From the NCBI GenBank assembly GCA_963801935.1, contig CAWDHA010000032.1, positions 18,602-82,601 of the forward strand: a stretch of DNA of 64,000 nucleotides, given 5' to 3'. A model generated the notes under the pieces. It was given only the letters and a program-made list of their open reading frames with translations, had not been told where the DNA came from and did no database searches. This document shows, in pieces, positions 18,200-27,901 of the stretch. A program made the translations under genes and the position numbers. The DNA is from an uncultured delta proteobacterium. GTDB lineage: Bacteria > Desulfobacterota > Binatia > UBA9968. Numbering within the stretch: the first letter of the stretch is position 1; the number at the start of each line of letters is the position of its first letter.

Positions 18200-19510
18200 A
18201 TGGGACTCTTCAAAAAACGGTCTCTCCCGGCTGTCAATCACATTGTCACGACCCATCAACGCGTGACAGCCTTGGCTGTACCGCAAGTTTCCCGAATGCG
18301 CCAGTTACACGCGTTGAGCCAGCGACTGCAGCAAAACTTCGGAATAGAGGCTTTGGCACGGGCGCTCTTCGAGACAGCGTCTGACGTTGCCACGCTGAAG
18401 GCGATTACTTTGCGGTTGCGCAACTCGGCGACCGGCGTGTTCGAGCCCATCGCTTGCCATAATCTGGATCAACTCGAATGGCGCATGGCGGCCCCTCTGG
18501 GAGGGGTGGGCCTGAGCAGGACCGTCATCAAAAGCAAGCTGGCCTTAACTTTCAACGACCTCCAGAGCGATGGCAACGTTCAAAATGCCTCTTTTTTAAA
18601 AAAGTACGGCCTCGCTTCCTACTTGGGCATACCGCTGCTCTCGCCCGATGGGGTGAATGGGGTTATCGGTTATTATTCGGCCGCGAGCAGGGGTTTCGAC
18701 CATGATGATACCGAGTTTTTGAGCCTGGTTGCGGACCTTATTGCGTTTTCAGTCAATCGTTACCCGCCCCAAGCTGCGCAAGATGCCAGTGCCACTGCGC
18801 GCTCTGGTTCCGTAAATTCCGATGAGGCGAGAGAAGGATTTTTGAATGTCATGTCGCACGAGTTTCGAACTCCGCTCAGCCTGATCATGGGCCATGCGGG
18901 GATGATGCGTGAGGGCTTGCTTGGAGATATCAACGACGAACAACGAAATAGTCTCGATCGCATCATGGAGAATTCGGACGATCTCCTGGCGATGGTCTTG
19001 AGCATTCTCCAGGTTAGCAGAATCGAAGCGGGCGGTATTAATCTGGTGGCGCGCGCGATCGTGCTGCCTGAATTCTTCGCTGAACTGAAGGGAGAATACG
19101 GCGCGCAGGTGAATGATCGGCGCAAAATGGTCTGGTATTGTTCGCCGGATCTGGCGGTGCTGCGAGCTGATCGGGAACGGCTGAAGGATATCCTGCAGCA
19201 CTTGATTGATAACGCCATAAAGTTTACGGCGGAGGGCCGGATCGTCATTTCTGCCGAGCAAATTGCTGATTCCGCGGCCATCCGGTTTACTGTTGCGGAT
19301 ACCGGGGTGGGGATCCCCAGTGAATCTTTGTCGTTTATATTCGAAAAGTTTCGCCAGTCGGATGGCTCCAGAACGCGCGCCTTCGACGGCGCAGGTTTAG
19401 GGCTCTACATTGCCAAAAGGTACGCGGATTTGCTGGGCGGCGAGCTAAGCGTCAGCAGCGAGATCGGCTGCGGCTCTACGTTCACGCTAAAGCTGCCTCT
19501 AGGGGGTTGA
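18200..19510 (+). CDS. GAF-domain sensor histidine kinase
   Basis: GAF (SYLGIPL); H-box MSHEFRTPL; N-box LIDNAIKFT; DTGVGI, IFEKF and GAGLGL boxes. Confidence 0.93.
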   Translation: MGLFKKRSLPAVNHIVTTHQRVTALAVPQVSRMRQLHALSQRLQQNFGIEALARALFETASDVATLKAITLRLRNSATGVFEPIACHNLDQLEWRMAAPLGGVGLSRTVIKSKLALTFNDLQSDGNVQNASFLKKYGLASYLGIPLLSPDGVNGVIGYYSAASRGFDHDDTEFLSLVADLIAFSVNRYPPQAAQDASATARSGSVNSDEAREGFLNVMSHEFRTPLSLIMGHAGMMREGLLGDINDEQRNSLDRIMENSDDLLAMVLSILQVSRIEAGGINLVARAIVLPEFFAELKGEYGAQVNDRRKMVWYCSPDLAVLRADRERLKDILQHLIDNAIKFTAEGRIVISAEQIADSAAIRFTVADTGVGIPSESLSFIFEKFRQSDGSRTRAFDGAGLGLYIAKRYADLLGGELSVSSEIGCGSTFTLKLPLGG

Positions 19511-19639
19511 CGCCGCGCGCCCGCCGGAAAGATTCGGCTTATGCACAACCTTACCGGCCAATTGCCGCTAAGCGCTTTCGCGCCTGCGCTGCTCTAATGC
19601 GCTGGCGCGCGGCGCGCCAACTATCCTGATAGCTGCGCG

Positions 19640-21193
19640 CTAGACCGGCATGAGACCATGTTTTTTCCGCGGCCGCTCGTCTGTCTTGTTACGCAAGATC
19701 TCCAGAGACTGGATCAAACGTTTGCGTGTTTCCGCGGGTCGGACCACGCCCTGGGCGAATTGCTTTGATAATGCCTCAAACGGGCCGCTAAAGCGCTCCT
19801 GATACTCAGCGAGCTTTTCCGCGCGCGTTTTCGCCGGCTCCGCCGCCTGTTCGATTTCTCGCTTGTACAGCACGTTCACCGCGCCGCCGCCGCCCATCAC
19901 CGCCAGCTCGACACCGGGCCAGACGAAAAGCTGGTCCGCGCCCATTTCGCGGGTGCAAAGCGCCTGCTTCGCGCCGCCATAGCCTTTGCGTAGCACGATG
20001 GTGATTTTAGGCACGGTTGCCTCAGCATAGGCGTAAAGCATTTTCGCGCCATGGCGAATGATGCCTTTTTCCTCCTGCTGTTTTCCCGGAAAAAACCCGG
20101 GCACGTCCATCAGGGTGATTAGGGGAATGTTAAAAGCGTCGCAAAACCGGATGAAGCGAGCGGCCTTATCCGAGGCATCGACGTCCAAGCTGCCGGCGAG
20201 AAACATAGGTTGGTTGGCGACGAAACCAACCGGATAGCCGTCAAGGCGGCCAAAGCCGATGACCAGATTGCGCGCAAATTTCGCTTTCGCTTCGAGGAAA
20301 TCGCCGTCATCGACGAGAGCTTTTATGACCTGCAGAATATTATACGCCCGGCGCGTGTCCTCGGGGACGATCTCGTCGAGATCGTCGAGAGCGCGCGCGG
20401 GATCATCGCTCGGCGTTCGGCGCGGCGGCAGAGATTCAAAGTTCGACGGCAAAAAGCCGATGAGCCGGCGAATCGTGGCCAGGCAGCCGTCGTCGTTGGC
20501 GGCGACAAAATCGGCGACGCCGGATACTTCCGAATGGATTTTTGCGCCGCCCAACTCTTCCATCGTAACGGTTTCGCCGAGCACCTCCTTGATCACGGCC
20601 GGTCCGGTAATGAACATCTGGCTGGTATTCTGCACCATCAGGATAAAATCAGTGAGCGCTGGCGAATAGGAACCGACGCCGATACACGGACCCATAATCG
20701 CCGAAATCTGCGGCATACAGCCGGATGCAATACTGTTTTCGTAAAAGATCTTGCCGATAGCCGAGGTGACCGACAAACCTTCTTGAATGCGCGCGCCGGC
20801 GGAGTCGTTCAGGCCGATCAGCGGCACGCCGAGTTTGCGCGCGGTCTGAATTACGTAAGCGATCTTTTCGGCGTGAGCGCTGCCGACGCTGCCGGCGAGA
20901 ACCGAGCGATCCTGGGAGAAAACGTAGACCGGCCTGCCTTCGATCTTGCCGAAGCCTGTGACGACGCCGTCGGATGGGAGCTTTCTTTCCGCCATTCCGA
21001 AATCCGTGCATTGGGTCTCGGCCAGCATGAATTCCTCGACAAAGGTTTCCGAGTCCAAGAGCCGCTCGACGCGCTCGCGCGCGGTCAAGTTGCCCTGGTC
21101 ATGGAGCTTGGCGACGGTTTTTGGATCGCCAGCGATGATCTTTTGTTCCAATCCCGAAAGTTTTTTTTCGAGATCTTCTCTGGAGTTCGCCAT
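19640..21193 (-). CDS. acyl-CoA carboxyltransferase (methylmalonyl-CoA decarboxylase alpha/PccB-like)
   Basis: LTARERV, DGVVTGFG, DSAGARIQEG, MFITGP, DVPGFFPG and KKHG motifs. Confidence 0.92.
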   Translation of the reverse strand: MANSREDLEKKLSGLEQKIIAGDPKTVAKLHDQGNLTARERVERLLDSETFVEEFMLAETQCTDFGMAERKLPSDGVVTGFGKIEGRPVYVFSQDRSVLAGSVGSAHAEKIAYVIQTARKLGVPLIGLNDSAGARIQEGLSVTSAIGKIFYENSIASGCMPQISAIMGPCIGVGSYSPALTDFILMVQNTSQMFITGPAVIKEVLGETVTMEELGGAKIHSEVSGVADFVAANDDGCLATIRRLIGFLPSNFESLPPRRTPSDDPARALDDLDEIVPEDTRRAYNILQVIKALVDDGDFLEAKAKFARNLVIGFGRLDGYPVGFVANQPMFLAGSLDVDASDKAARFIRFCDAFNIPLITLMDVPGFFPGKQQEEKGIIRHGAKMLYAYAEATVPKITIVLRKGYGGAKQALCTREMGADQLFVWPGVELAVMGGGGAVNVLYKREIEQAAEPAKTRAEKLAEYQERFSGPFEALSKQFAQGVVRPAETRKRLIQSLEILRNKTDERPRKKHGLMPV

Positions 21194-21210
21194 AAAGAAT
21201 ACCCAGCTTA

Positions 21211-21260
21211 GGGTTGCGGGTTTTGGGTTACGCGAAACGCGAAGCCCGAGACTCGAAACT
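21211..21260. repeat. Heptamer hairpin (R5)
   Basis: gggttgc gggtttt gggttac ... gaaacgc gaagccc gagactc gaaact. Confidence 0.7.
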
Positions 21261-22406
21261 CTATCCGGCGACGATACCCATTCCTTGAAGCACCGATAAC
21301 ATCACTGCCGCTGCGATCACCGAGCCGATCTGGCCGCCGGCGTTGGCGCTCATGGCGGGCATGAGCAGATAGTTTTTCTTATTATACTTCTGACCTTCGA
21401 CCTGGACGACGCGCGCTGCCATCGGAAAGGCCGAGATGCCGGCGGCGCCGATGAGCGGATTGATTTTGCCGCCGGTGAGCACGCACATAAGTTTGCCGAA
21501 GAGGATGCCAATCGCCGTATCCAGGGTGATCGCGATAAACCCAAGCCCGAGCACAAGCAAGGTCTGGGCACGCAGAAACTTGTCCGCTTCCATGGTGGCG
21601 CCAATGCACAACCCGAGAAGCAGGGTAACGATATTGGTGATGTCGTTTTCAGCGGCGTTCTTCAAGCGATCGACCACGCCGCTTTCCTTCATCAAGTTTC
21701 CGAACATAACCGTGCCGATCAGAGGCGCGCCTTTGGGGGCGAGAATCGACGCAAAGATGGTGACGGCGATGGGAAAGAGAATCTTTGTCGTTTTGGATAC
21801 CGGTTGCTTGGTTGCGCCCATGACAATTCGCCGTTCTTTGGCTGTCGTCAATGCGCGCATGATCGGCGGTTGGATGAGCGGCACCAGGGCCATGTAGGAG
21901 TACGCCGCTACCGAGACGGCGCCAAGGAGATGAGGCGCAAATTTTGAGCTTACATAAATCGCGGTCGGTCCGTCGCAAGCGCCGATGATGGCGACGGCGA
22001 CGGCGTCGAGCTTATCGAAGCCGACGGCTAACGCGAGCAGCAAAGTGAGAAAAATGCCGAATTGTCCGGCGGCGCCGAGCAAAATGATCTTGGGATTTTC
22101 CAACAGCGGCTGGAAGTCGGTCATGGCGCCGATGCCGAAAAAGATCAGCAGCGGAAATACTTCAGTGCGCACCCCGCCGTCGTAGAAGAAGCGCAAGAAA
22201 CCATCTTCGCTCATCATTCCGGCCAGCGGAATATTTACTAAAACAGCGCCAAAGCCGATCGGCAAAAGCAGCAACGGCTCATAGCCTTTTTTAATACCGA
22301 GGTAAAGCAGGACGCAGCCTATGGCGAGCATGATTACATGACCCGGCGTCAAATTTGTAACGCCAAGCAAAAGGCCCTGGAGGCCGGTAACCACCGCCGA
22401 TTCCAT
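21261..22406 (-). CDS. Na+-transporting decarboxylase beta subunit (OadB/MmdB/GcdB family)
   Basis: YEPLLLLPIGFG, GIGAMTDF, IIGACDGPT, AAYSYMALVP and INPLIGAAG motifs. Confidence 0.95.
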   Translation of the reverse strand: MESAVVTGLQGLLLGVTNLTPGHVIMLAIGCVLLYLGIKKGYEPLLLLPIGFGAVLVNIPLAGMMSEDGFLRFFYDGGVRTEVFPLLIFFGIGAMTDFQPLLENPKIILLGAAGQFGIFLTLLLALAVGFDKLDAVAVAIIGACDGPTAIYVSSKFAPHLLGAVSVAAYSYMALVPLIQPPIMRALTTAKERRIVMGATKQPVSKTTKILFPIAVTIFASILAPKGAPLIGTVMFGNLMKESGVVDRLKNAAENDITNIVTLLLGLCIGATMEADKFLRAQTLLVLGLGFIAITLDTAIGILFGKLMCVLTGGKINPLIGAAGISAFPMAARVVQVEGQKYNKKNYLLMPAMSANAGGQIGSVIAAAVMLSVLQGMGIVAG

Positions 22407-22414
22407 AATAGGGG

Positions 22415-22564
22415 CTAACCTTTCTTCGCGTCCGTTACCACGTCCTGGTGCGGGAAGAGCTTTTTAAGCAGCACAATCAGCGCGCTCAATAACCACAACA
22501 CCAGCATGGTGCCGGACATACCGAGCGCCGCCACCGTCCATCCGAACGTCCAGATGTCGTCCAT
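22415..22564 (-). CDS. OadG/MmdD-like small membrane subunit (49 aa; not in the ORF track)
   Basis: Manual translation MDDIWTFGWTVAALGMSGTMLVLWLLSALIVLLKKLFPHQDVVTDAKKG; one TM segment with GM motif; lies between the biotin carrier and beta subunit. Confidence 0.8.
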   Translation of the reverse strand: MDDIWTFGWTVAALGMSGTMLVLWLLSALIVLLKKLFPHQDVVTDAKKG

Positions 22565-22611
22565 TAAAAAGTTTCCAAGCTGTCAGAAATGTAGGTGACC
22601 GCCGCGGGAGG

Positions 22612-22827
22612 TTACTCGATCTGACCCAAAACTTGGTCCGCTTCAACCGCTTGCCCCGGCGCAATCTTGAGTTCTTTGAGCGTTCCGCTGGTCGGTGCGA
22701 CAACGGGAATTTCCATTTTCATCGCTTCCATCACGATGACGACATCGTCCTCATCAACATGATCCCCGACGTTCTTTTCGACTTTTAGAATTTTCCCGAC
22801 CATGGGCGCTGTAATGGGTGTCGCCAA
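22612..22827 (-). CDS. biotin carboxyl carrier protein
   Basis: APMVGKI and EAMKME biotinylation motifs; TTG start after AAGGAG. Confidence 0.92.
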   Translation of the reverse strand: MATPITAPMVGKILKVEKNVGDHVDEDDVVIVMEAMKMEIPVVAPTSGTLKELKIAPGQAVEADQVLGQIE

Positions 22828-23139
22828 AACCGTTCTCCTTCGATTCTCAGATGCTGGAATGTAGTTTAAAGTTAAGGTCATTTAGTAGAGTTTTCTCGCT
22901 ATTGTCAACGCCAGCTAAACGCAAAACAACAGCCGGTGGAACGCAACCGTCGAGAATCCGGCGTCGTAAAGAGCCGCTTAGGCGCCCGCGTTCAAGCATA
23001 GGCGCGATCGATCACACGCGCGAAAAGCTTCCCGATGATCGACCAGCGGCGCGCGCGGGCCGGCGAGCAACAGGTTTGGAATCTTGCTTTTATGGGCCGT
23101 ATTGGGTAAGACCTTGACATAATACCGGAGGTAAACCCT

Positions 23140-24234
23140 ATGGCCAAGCCCGCGATCCAAGTTGAAAATGTGATGGATAACATCCCCTATTACGAAAAGT
23201 GGCAAAACGGCGAAGACATACCGGTGATCAAGACGTTTTTTGTGCAAGACCTGAAAAAAATCGAACTCAAGCCATGGGCCCGAACCGGCGGCAACGGCGC
23301 GTTTATCAACATGGAAGGAGCCGAGGGCACAACCGGCGCGTATGTAAGCGAAATAGCGGCAGGTAAGAAGCTCAATCCACAGCGCCACCTGTATGAAGAC
23401 TTGCACTTCGTTCTTAGAGGACGCGGCGCGACGACTATCTGGAATGAGAAAGGCGCGAAGCAAACTTTTGAGTGGCAAGAAGGCAGCCTGTTCGCTTTGC
23501 CACTCAACTCTTGGTACCAACACTTCAATGGATCGGGCGATGAGCCCGCCAGGTTTTTTTCAGTGAACAGCATGCCGATCGTTTTCAATTTGTTTCATGA
23601 TGCGGACTTTATCTTTAATACGCCGCGGGATTTTAGCGACCGCTTCGATGGCGATCCGGAATATTTCAGCGGCAAAGGTACAGCTCATCCCGGGCGCGTG
23701 TGGGACACCAACTTCATCGCCGATGCGCGCAATTTCAAGCTTGAGGATTGGGTGGAGCGCGGCGCCGCGGGTAAAAACGTCATGCTTGAGCTCGCCAACG
23801 GTTCCATGGCAGCGCATATTTCAGAGTTTCCCATCGGCACCTATAAAAAAGCGCACCGCCACGGTCCGGGATTCAACGTGATCATTATCAAAGGCCAGGG
23901 ATTCTCGCTGTTCTGGAGAGAAGGTGAAGAGCCGAAGCGCTACGAATGGCAGGACGGCAGTGTGTTCACGCCGCCGGCAATGATGTTTCACCAGCACTTC
24001 AATACCGGCGCCACCGGCGCGCGTTATCTGCCGCCGCGTTTGGGTGGAATCAAATACAGTCTGGGTGAAAGTTTCGGCGACATCACTAAAGTCGATAAAG
24101 ATGTAAAGGCCGGCGGTAATCAAATTGAATATTACGATGAGGCGCCGTGGATTCGCAAAATGTTCGAGGAAGAACTGGCGAAGTCCGGCACCACGACCCG
24201 CATGAACCCTGAGTACTACAAGCGCCCGGCTTAA
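23140..24234 (+). CDS. bicupin protein (gentisate dioxygenase-like fold)
   Basis: Two cupin domains: QRHLYE..YQHFN and AHRHGPG..FHQHFN. Confidence 0.8.
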   Translation: MAKPAIQVENVMDNIPYYEKWQNGEDIPVIKTFFVQDLKKIELKPWARTGGNGAFINMEGAEGTTGAYVSEIAAGKKLNPQRHLYEDLHFVLRGRGATTIWNEKGAKQTFEWQEGSLFALPLNSWYQHFNGSGDEPARFFSVNSMPIVFNLFHDADFIFNTPRDFSDRFDGDPEYFSGKGTAHPGRVWDTNFIADARNFKLEDWVERGAAGKNVMLELANGSMAAHISEFPIGTYKKAHRHGPGFNVIIIKGQGFSLFWREGEEPKRYEWQDGSVFTPPAMMFHQHFNTGATGARYLPPRLGGIKYSLGESFGDITKVDKDVKAGGNQIEYYDEAPWIRKMFEEELAKSGTTTRMNPEYYKRPA

Positions 24235-24255
24235 TCGCTATCAAAACGACATTGT

Positions 24256-24293
24256 GCAAAGCCCCGTTGCGAATCATCGCGCGGGGCTTTTGC
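24256..24293 (+). terminator. putative intrinsic terminator
   Basis: AAAGCCCCG/CGGGGCTTT stem with short T tract just after the cupin stop. Confidence 0.55.
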
Positions 24294-24547
24294 GTTGACT
24301 GAGGCTGCATTTCTGAAAAAATGTTAGATCCGCGTACGAGGTAACGAAGACCATACTGGCGCGGTGGCTGAGATCTTTTTTCCACGCCGATGCCGCGCTC
24401 CCCGCGCGTATGGTTTTTAAGCGCGACCATAAGGCATCGAGCCTTGTCGACGAAGTTGTTTGAGTTTTCAGTTTTGAGATTTCGAATGCTGAGTTGCCGT
24501 CCGATTGGAAACAACTGAAAACGTTTAGCTCAACAATTTATAATTGC

Positions 24548-24656
24548 TTGAGGTATAGGGCCTATTGGCCGCCCTCGGCTGTACTTAGGGTGGTGCGCCT
24601 GCCCTTCGAGAACCTCAGGGCCGTGAGCTTAAGTCGAACGGTCGAACCGCGACCGC
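24548..24656 (-). repeat. R3 segment with doubly nested module M
   Basis: Reverse complement closely matches 32462-32568. Confidence 0.8.
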
Positions 24657-24708
24657 AGCGGCTCACTCCGTGATCCGCTGCGAGAATCATGCGGGCTAGT
24701 TTTATCCG

Positions 24709-25300
24709 ATGATTGAAGTTGCCTTGATTGTTCTGGCTTACCTGCTCGGCTCTGTGCCCACCGGTTATATTATTGGCAGCTTCGCCGGCGTCGACGTTCG
24801 CAGAGCCGGAAGCGGCAACGTGGGAGCCACCAATGTGGCGCGGATTCTGGGCAAGCAACGCGGTGCTTTGACCTTGGCGATCGATGTTGGAAAGGGTTGG
24901 CTCGCGGTATTCCTAGCGCTGCAGGTAGGCGTCAGTTTACTGTGGGTTGTTTTGGCGGGGACGGCTGTTTTCCTGGGTCATCTGTATCCGATTTTTTTGC
25001 GTTTCGACGGTGGCAAAGGCGTTGCCACCGCTTTGGGGGTCTTTCTCGCGTTAGCGCCTCAAGCGGTTTTGGTCTTGCTGGTGATTTTTGCAGCCGTCAT
25101 TGGCGCCAGCCGAATCGTCTCACTGGGCTCGCTGAGCGCGGCGCTCGCCGCGCCGATAGTTTTTTGGCTCTTTGACTTTCCGGCCATGGTGGTTGCCATG
25201 GTCGGGTTTATTGCGGTGATGACGCCTGGCGCCACCGCAGCAACATTCAGCGCTTGTTCGCCGGCACTGAACCAAGCTTTGGCTCCGCTAATTTTCGATA
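24709..25300 (+). CDS. plsY: glycerol-3-phosphate acyltransferase PlsY, frameshift near the 3' end (end approximate)
   Basis: YLLGSVP, GSGNVGATN, GHLYPIFLRFDGGKGVAT; the terminal RH..NIQRL motif is in another frame near 25230. Confidence 0.9.
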
Positions 25301-26001
25301 ATCACTTCCACCCGGCGATTCTGCTGTCTGCCAGATTCGTTTTCGTTGGAGGCGATAGGCGCGCGGGTTCCGAGGCCATGGGAGTTGACGTTTCGGCTAT
25401 CGATGCCGTTGCGTTCTAGTTCACCGGCAACGACACTCGCTCGGCGCTCCGATAAGCGCAGATTGTAGGCTTCCGCCGCCGCACTTTCCCGGCTGGCATG
25501 ACCTTCTACCGTGATGCGGCGGTTCGGCACTTCGCGTTTGATGATGCCGGCGATCTGATCGACCCGGCTGCGCCCATCCCCGGTCAGATCAGCGCTATCG
25601 AACTCAAAGTTAACGCTCGGCAGATTGACCATGACGCCGCGACTGGTCTCGCGCGCTTCGATGTTGCGCTTTTTCAACTCCTCTATCAGAGCGCGATTCT
25701 TTTCCATCTCGACGCGCTGTTGATCGATGGCTTTTTGTTGCTCGGCTTGTTTGTTTTCTTGTCCTTGAAGTTGATCACCTACCAATGCTCCGGTTCCCAA
25801 TCCCAAAACGCCGCCTACCGCTGCCCCTACTCCGGGCCGGCCAACGGCCGCGCCGATAATTCCGCCGGCGGCGGCACCGCCGAGCGCGCCGATGCCGGCG
25901 CCCTTTTCGCGGGTTGTCATTTGCCCGCCGGAGCAGCCGCCGATCAACAAAAGAGCAACTAACCAAGTGCCGGAACGCCAAGCATGTTTATGAATCACCA
26001 T
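25288..26001 (-). CDS. OmpA family lipoprotein with glycine zipper (YiaD-like)
   Basis: Lipobox-like IGGC; GAGIGA..GAAAG repeats; FEFDSA, VEGH, NLRLSERRA and NRRVEV motifs. Confidence 0.9.
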   Translation of the reverse strand: MVIHKHAWRSGTWLVALLLIGGCSGGQMTTREKGAGIGALGGAAAGGIIGAAVGRPGVGAAVGGVLGLGTGALVGDQLQGQENKQAEQQKAIDQQRVEMEKNRALIEELKKRNIEARETSRGVMVNLPSVNFEFDSADLTGDGRSRVDQIAGIIKREVPNRRITVEGHASRESAAAEAYNLRLSERRASVVAGELERNGIDSRNVNSHGLGTRAPIASNENESGRQQNRRVEVIIEN

Positions 26002-26333
26002 TGAGTAGTCCCCTTCAGGAAAGTTGCGCCCATTCACCGGCGCCGCCGCGCCCTGCCTTTAGACGATTGTTGGCGCGAATTTGAAGCGCTCGAGCGTGCG
26101 CACGTAATTGATAGCGCGATTGAAGCCGCGGTTCTTAGCAGAAAGTTATGGTAGCAAATGGTAACGCCGCCGGCAATAAATGCTCTAGAGCGCGCGCCTT
26201 AAGTTCACAGTGACACACAGTCCGGATTATTCATTGTCGAAGCGCGACGGGAGAGGCTTGCTCCTCGGACGTAATCCCGTGAATAATCCGGCATAGCAAT
26301 TTTTGCCGAGTGCAGCGCTTTCAGCGCACTTGG

Positions 26334-26363
26334 TTGACATCATAGACCTTACAAGTCTATAGT
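26334..26363 (+). promoter_or_regulatory. sigma70-type promoter with overlapping palindrome
   Basis: TTGACA-N18-TATAGT; ATAGAC-N7-GTCTAT inverted repeat at 26342-26360. Confidence 0.65.
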
Positions 26364-26382
26364 TTTTGATGAAAGGAACTAC

Positions 26383-27483
26383 GTGGAGACCATCACTCAA
26401 GAAAACGTTTTAGCCGCGCTGAGTAACGTGCAGGACCCGGAAATTCACCGCGACATTGTCAGTCTCGGCATGGTAAAAGATCTTGTCGTAAAAAACGGCA
26501 CAGTGAGTTTTACCGTCGAGCTCACCACCCCGGCCTGTCCTTTACGTGAAACCATAGAGACCGATTGCAATAAGGCGCTTGCAGCGCTTCCCGGCATCAG
26601 CAAGTTGGAGATCTCCTTCGGCGCGCAAGTGCGCGGCAGTAAGGCGGGAGCGGGGCAGACGGACTTGTTGCCCAGCGTGAAGAATGTCGTACTGGTCGCG
26701 GCGGGCAAAGGCGGCGTGGGCAAATCCACCGTCGCCGCCAATCTCGCGGTGGCGCTGACGCGCCATGGCGCCAGCGCCGGTCTACTCGACGCCGACATCT
26801 ATGGCCCGTCGGTGCCGATCCTCATGGGCGTCAAAAGTGAGCCAAAAAAAATCGAGGTCGACGGCGTCCAGAAAATCGCTCCGGTTCTCGCTCACGGCGT
26901 GCCGGTGATGTCGATCGGATTCTTTCTCGATGCCGATCAGGCGGTGATCTGGCGCGGCCCCATGCTGGGCAAAGCGCTGCACCAGCTCATGGCCGATGTG
27001 CATTGGGGCGATCTCGATTATCTCGTCGTCGATATGCCGCCGGGTACCGGCGATGTGCAGATTACCTTTTCACAGCAACTCAAAGTCAGCGGCGCGCTGC
27101 TGGTGGCGACCCCACAAGAGGTCGCGCTTGCCGATGTCGTGCGCGCGAAGTCGATGTTCGATAAAGTTAATATCCCGATTCTTGGCATTGTCGAAAATAT
27201 GAGCTTCTTCATTTGTGATGGCTGCGGCAAAAGCCACGAAATTTTTTCCCGCGGCGGCGCGGCGCGAGCGGCGGAACGTTTTAACATTCCCTATCTTGGC
27301 GAAATTCCGATTACTCCGGGATTGCGTGAGGGTGGGGACGAGGGCGTACCGATACTGGTTAAGGAGCCAAATTCTCTGGTGAGCAGGAGTTTCCTGGATA
27401 TAGCCGCCAAACTCGCCGGACAATTGTCGATCGCATCGGAACGCGCGCAGCGCACGCAGGGCCTGAAAATCGTATCGAGCTGA
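26383..27483 (+). CDS. apbC: Mrp/ApbC Fe-S cluster carrier ATPase with N-terminal DUF59
   Basis: [43 protein letters not shown] and ENMS..CxxC motifs. Confidence 0.93.
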   Translation: METITQENVLAALSNVQDPEIHRDIVSLGMVKDLVVKNGTVSFTVELTTPACPLRETIETDCNKALAALPGISKLEISFGAQVRGSKAGAGQTDLLPSVKNVVLVAAGKGGVGKSTVAANLAVALTRHGASAGLLDADIYGPSVPILMGVKSEPKKIEVDGVQKIAPVLAHGVPVMSIGFFLDADQAVIWRGPMLGKALHQLMADVHWGDLDYLVVDMPPGTGDVQITFSQQLKVSGALLVATPQEVALADVVRAKSMFDKVNIPILGIVENMSFFICDGCGKSHEIFSRGGAARAAERFNIPYLGEIPITPGLREGGDEGVPILVKEPNSLVSRSFLDIAAKLAGQLSIASERAQRTQGLKIVSS

Positions 27484-27566
27484 ATCTTTCTGCCCTTTGC
27501 CTTTCGCCCGCAGCGGAGGAGAGGCAAAACAGAGCCGGCGGCGATCAAGAGGAGATCTGTTTGATT

Positions 27567-27866
27567 ATGGTAACTAAAGAACAAGTCTATGAAGCGCTGC
27601 AAGAATGCTATGATCCGGAAATTCCGGTTAACATTGTCGACCTGGGTCTGGTTTACGACGTCGAAATCGACGACGACAAAGTAGCCGTTAAAATGACGCT
27701 CACCGCGCCCGGTTGCGGTATGGGCACTATGATTGCCGCGGATGCCAGCGAAAAGATTATGGCCTTGGACGGAGTGGCGGACGCGACTGTCGATCTGGTC
27801 TGGGACCCGCCCTGGAATCCGAGCATGATCAGCGAGGAAGCCAAGCAAAAGCTCGGCATCGTCTAG
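27567..27866 (+). CDS. DUF59/SufT-like Fe-S assembly protein
   Basis: [25 protein letters not shown] and VWDPPW motifs. Confidence 0.9.
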   Translation: MVTKEQVYEALQECYDPEIPVNIVDLGLVYDVEIDDDKVAVKMTLTAPGCGMGTMIAADASEKIMALDGVADATVDLVWDPPWNPSMISEEAKQKLGIV

Positions 27867-27901
27867 GGCTACCTTTACCTGCTGCCGCTCGCGCCTATTT
27901 C

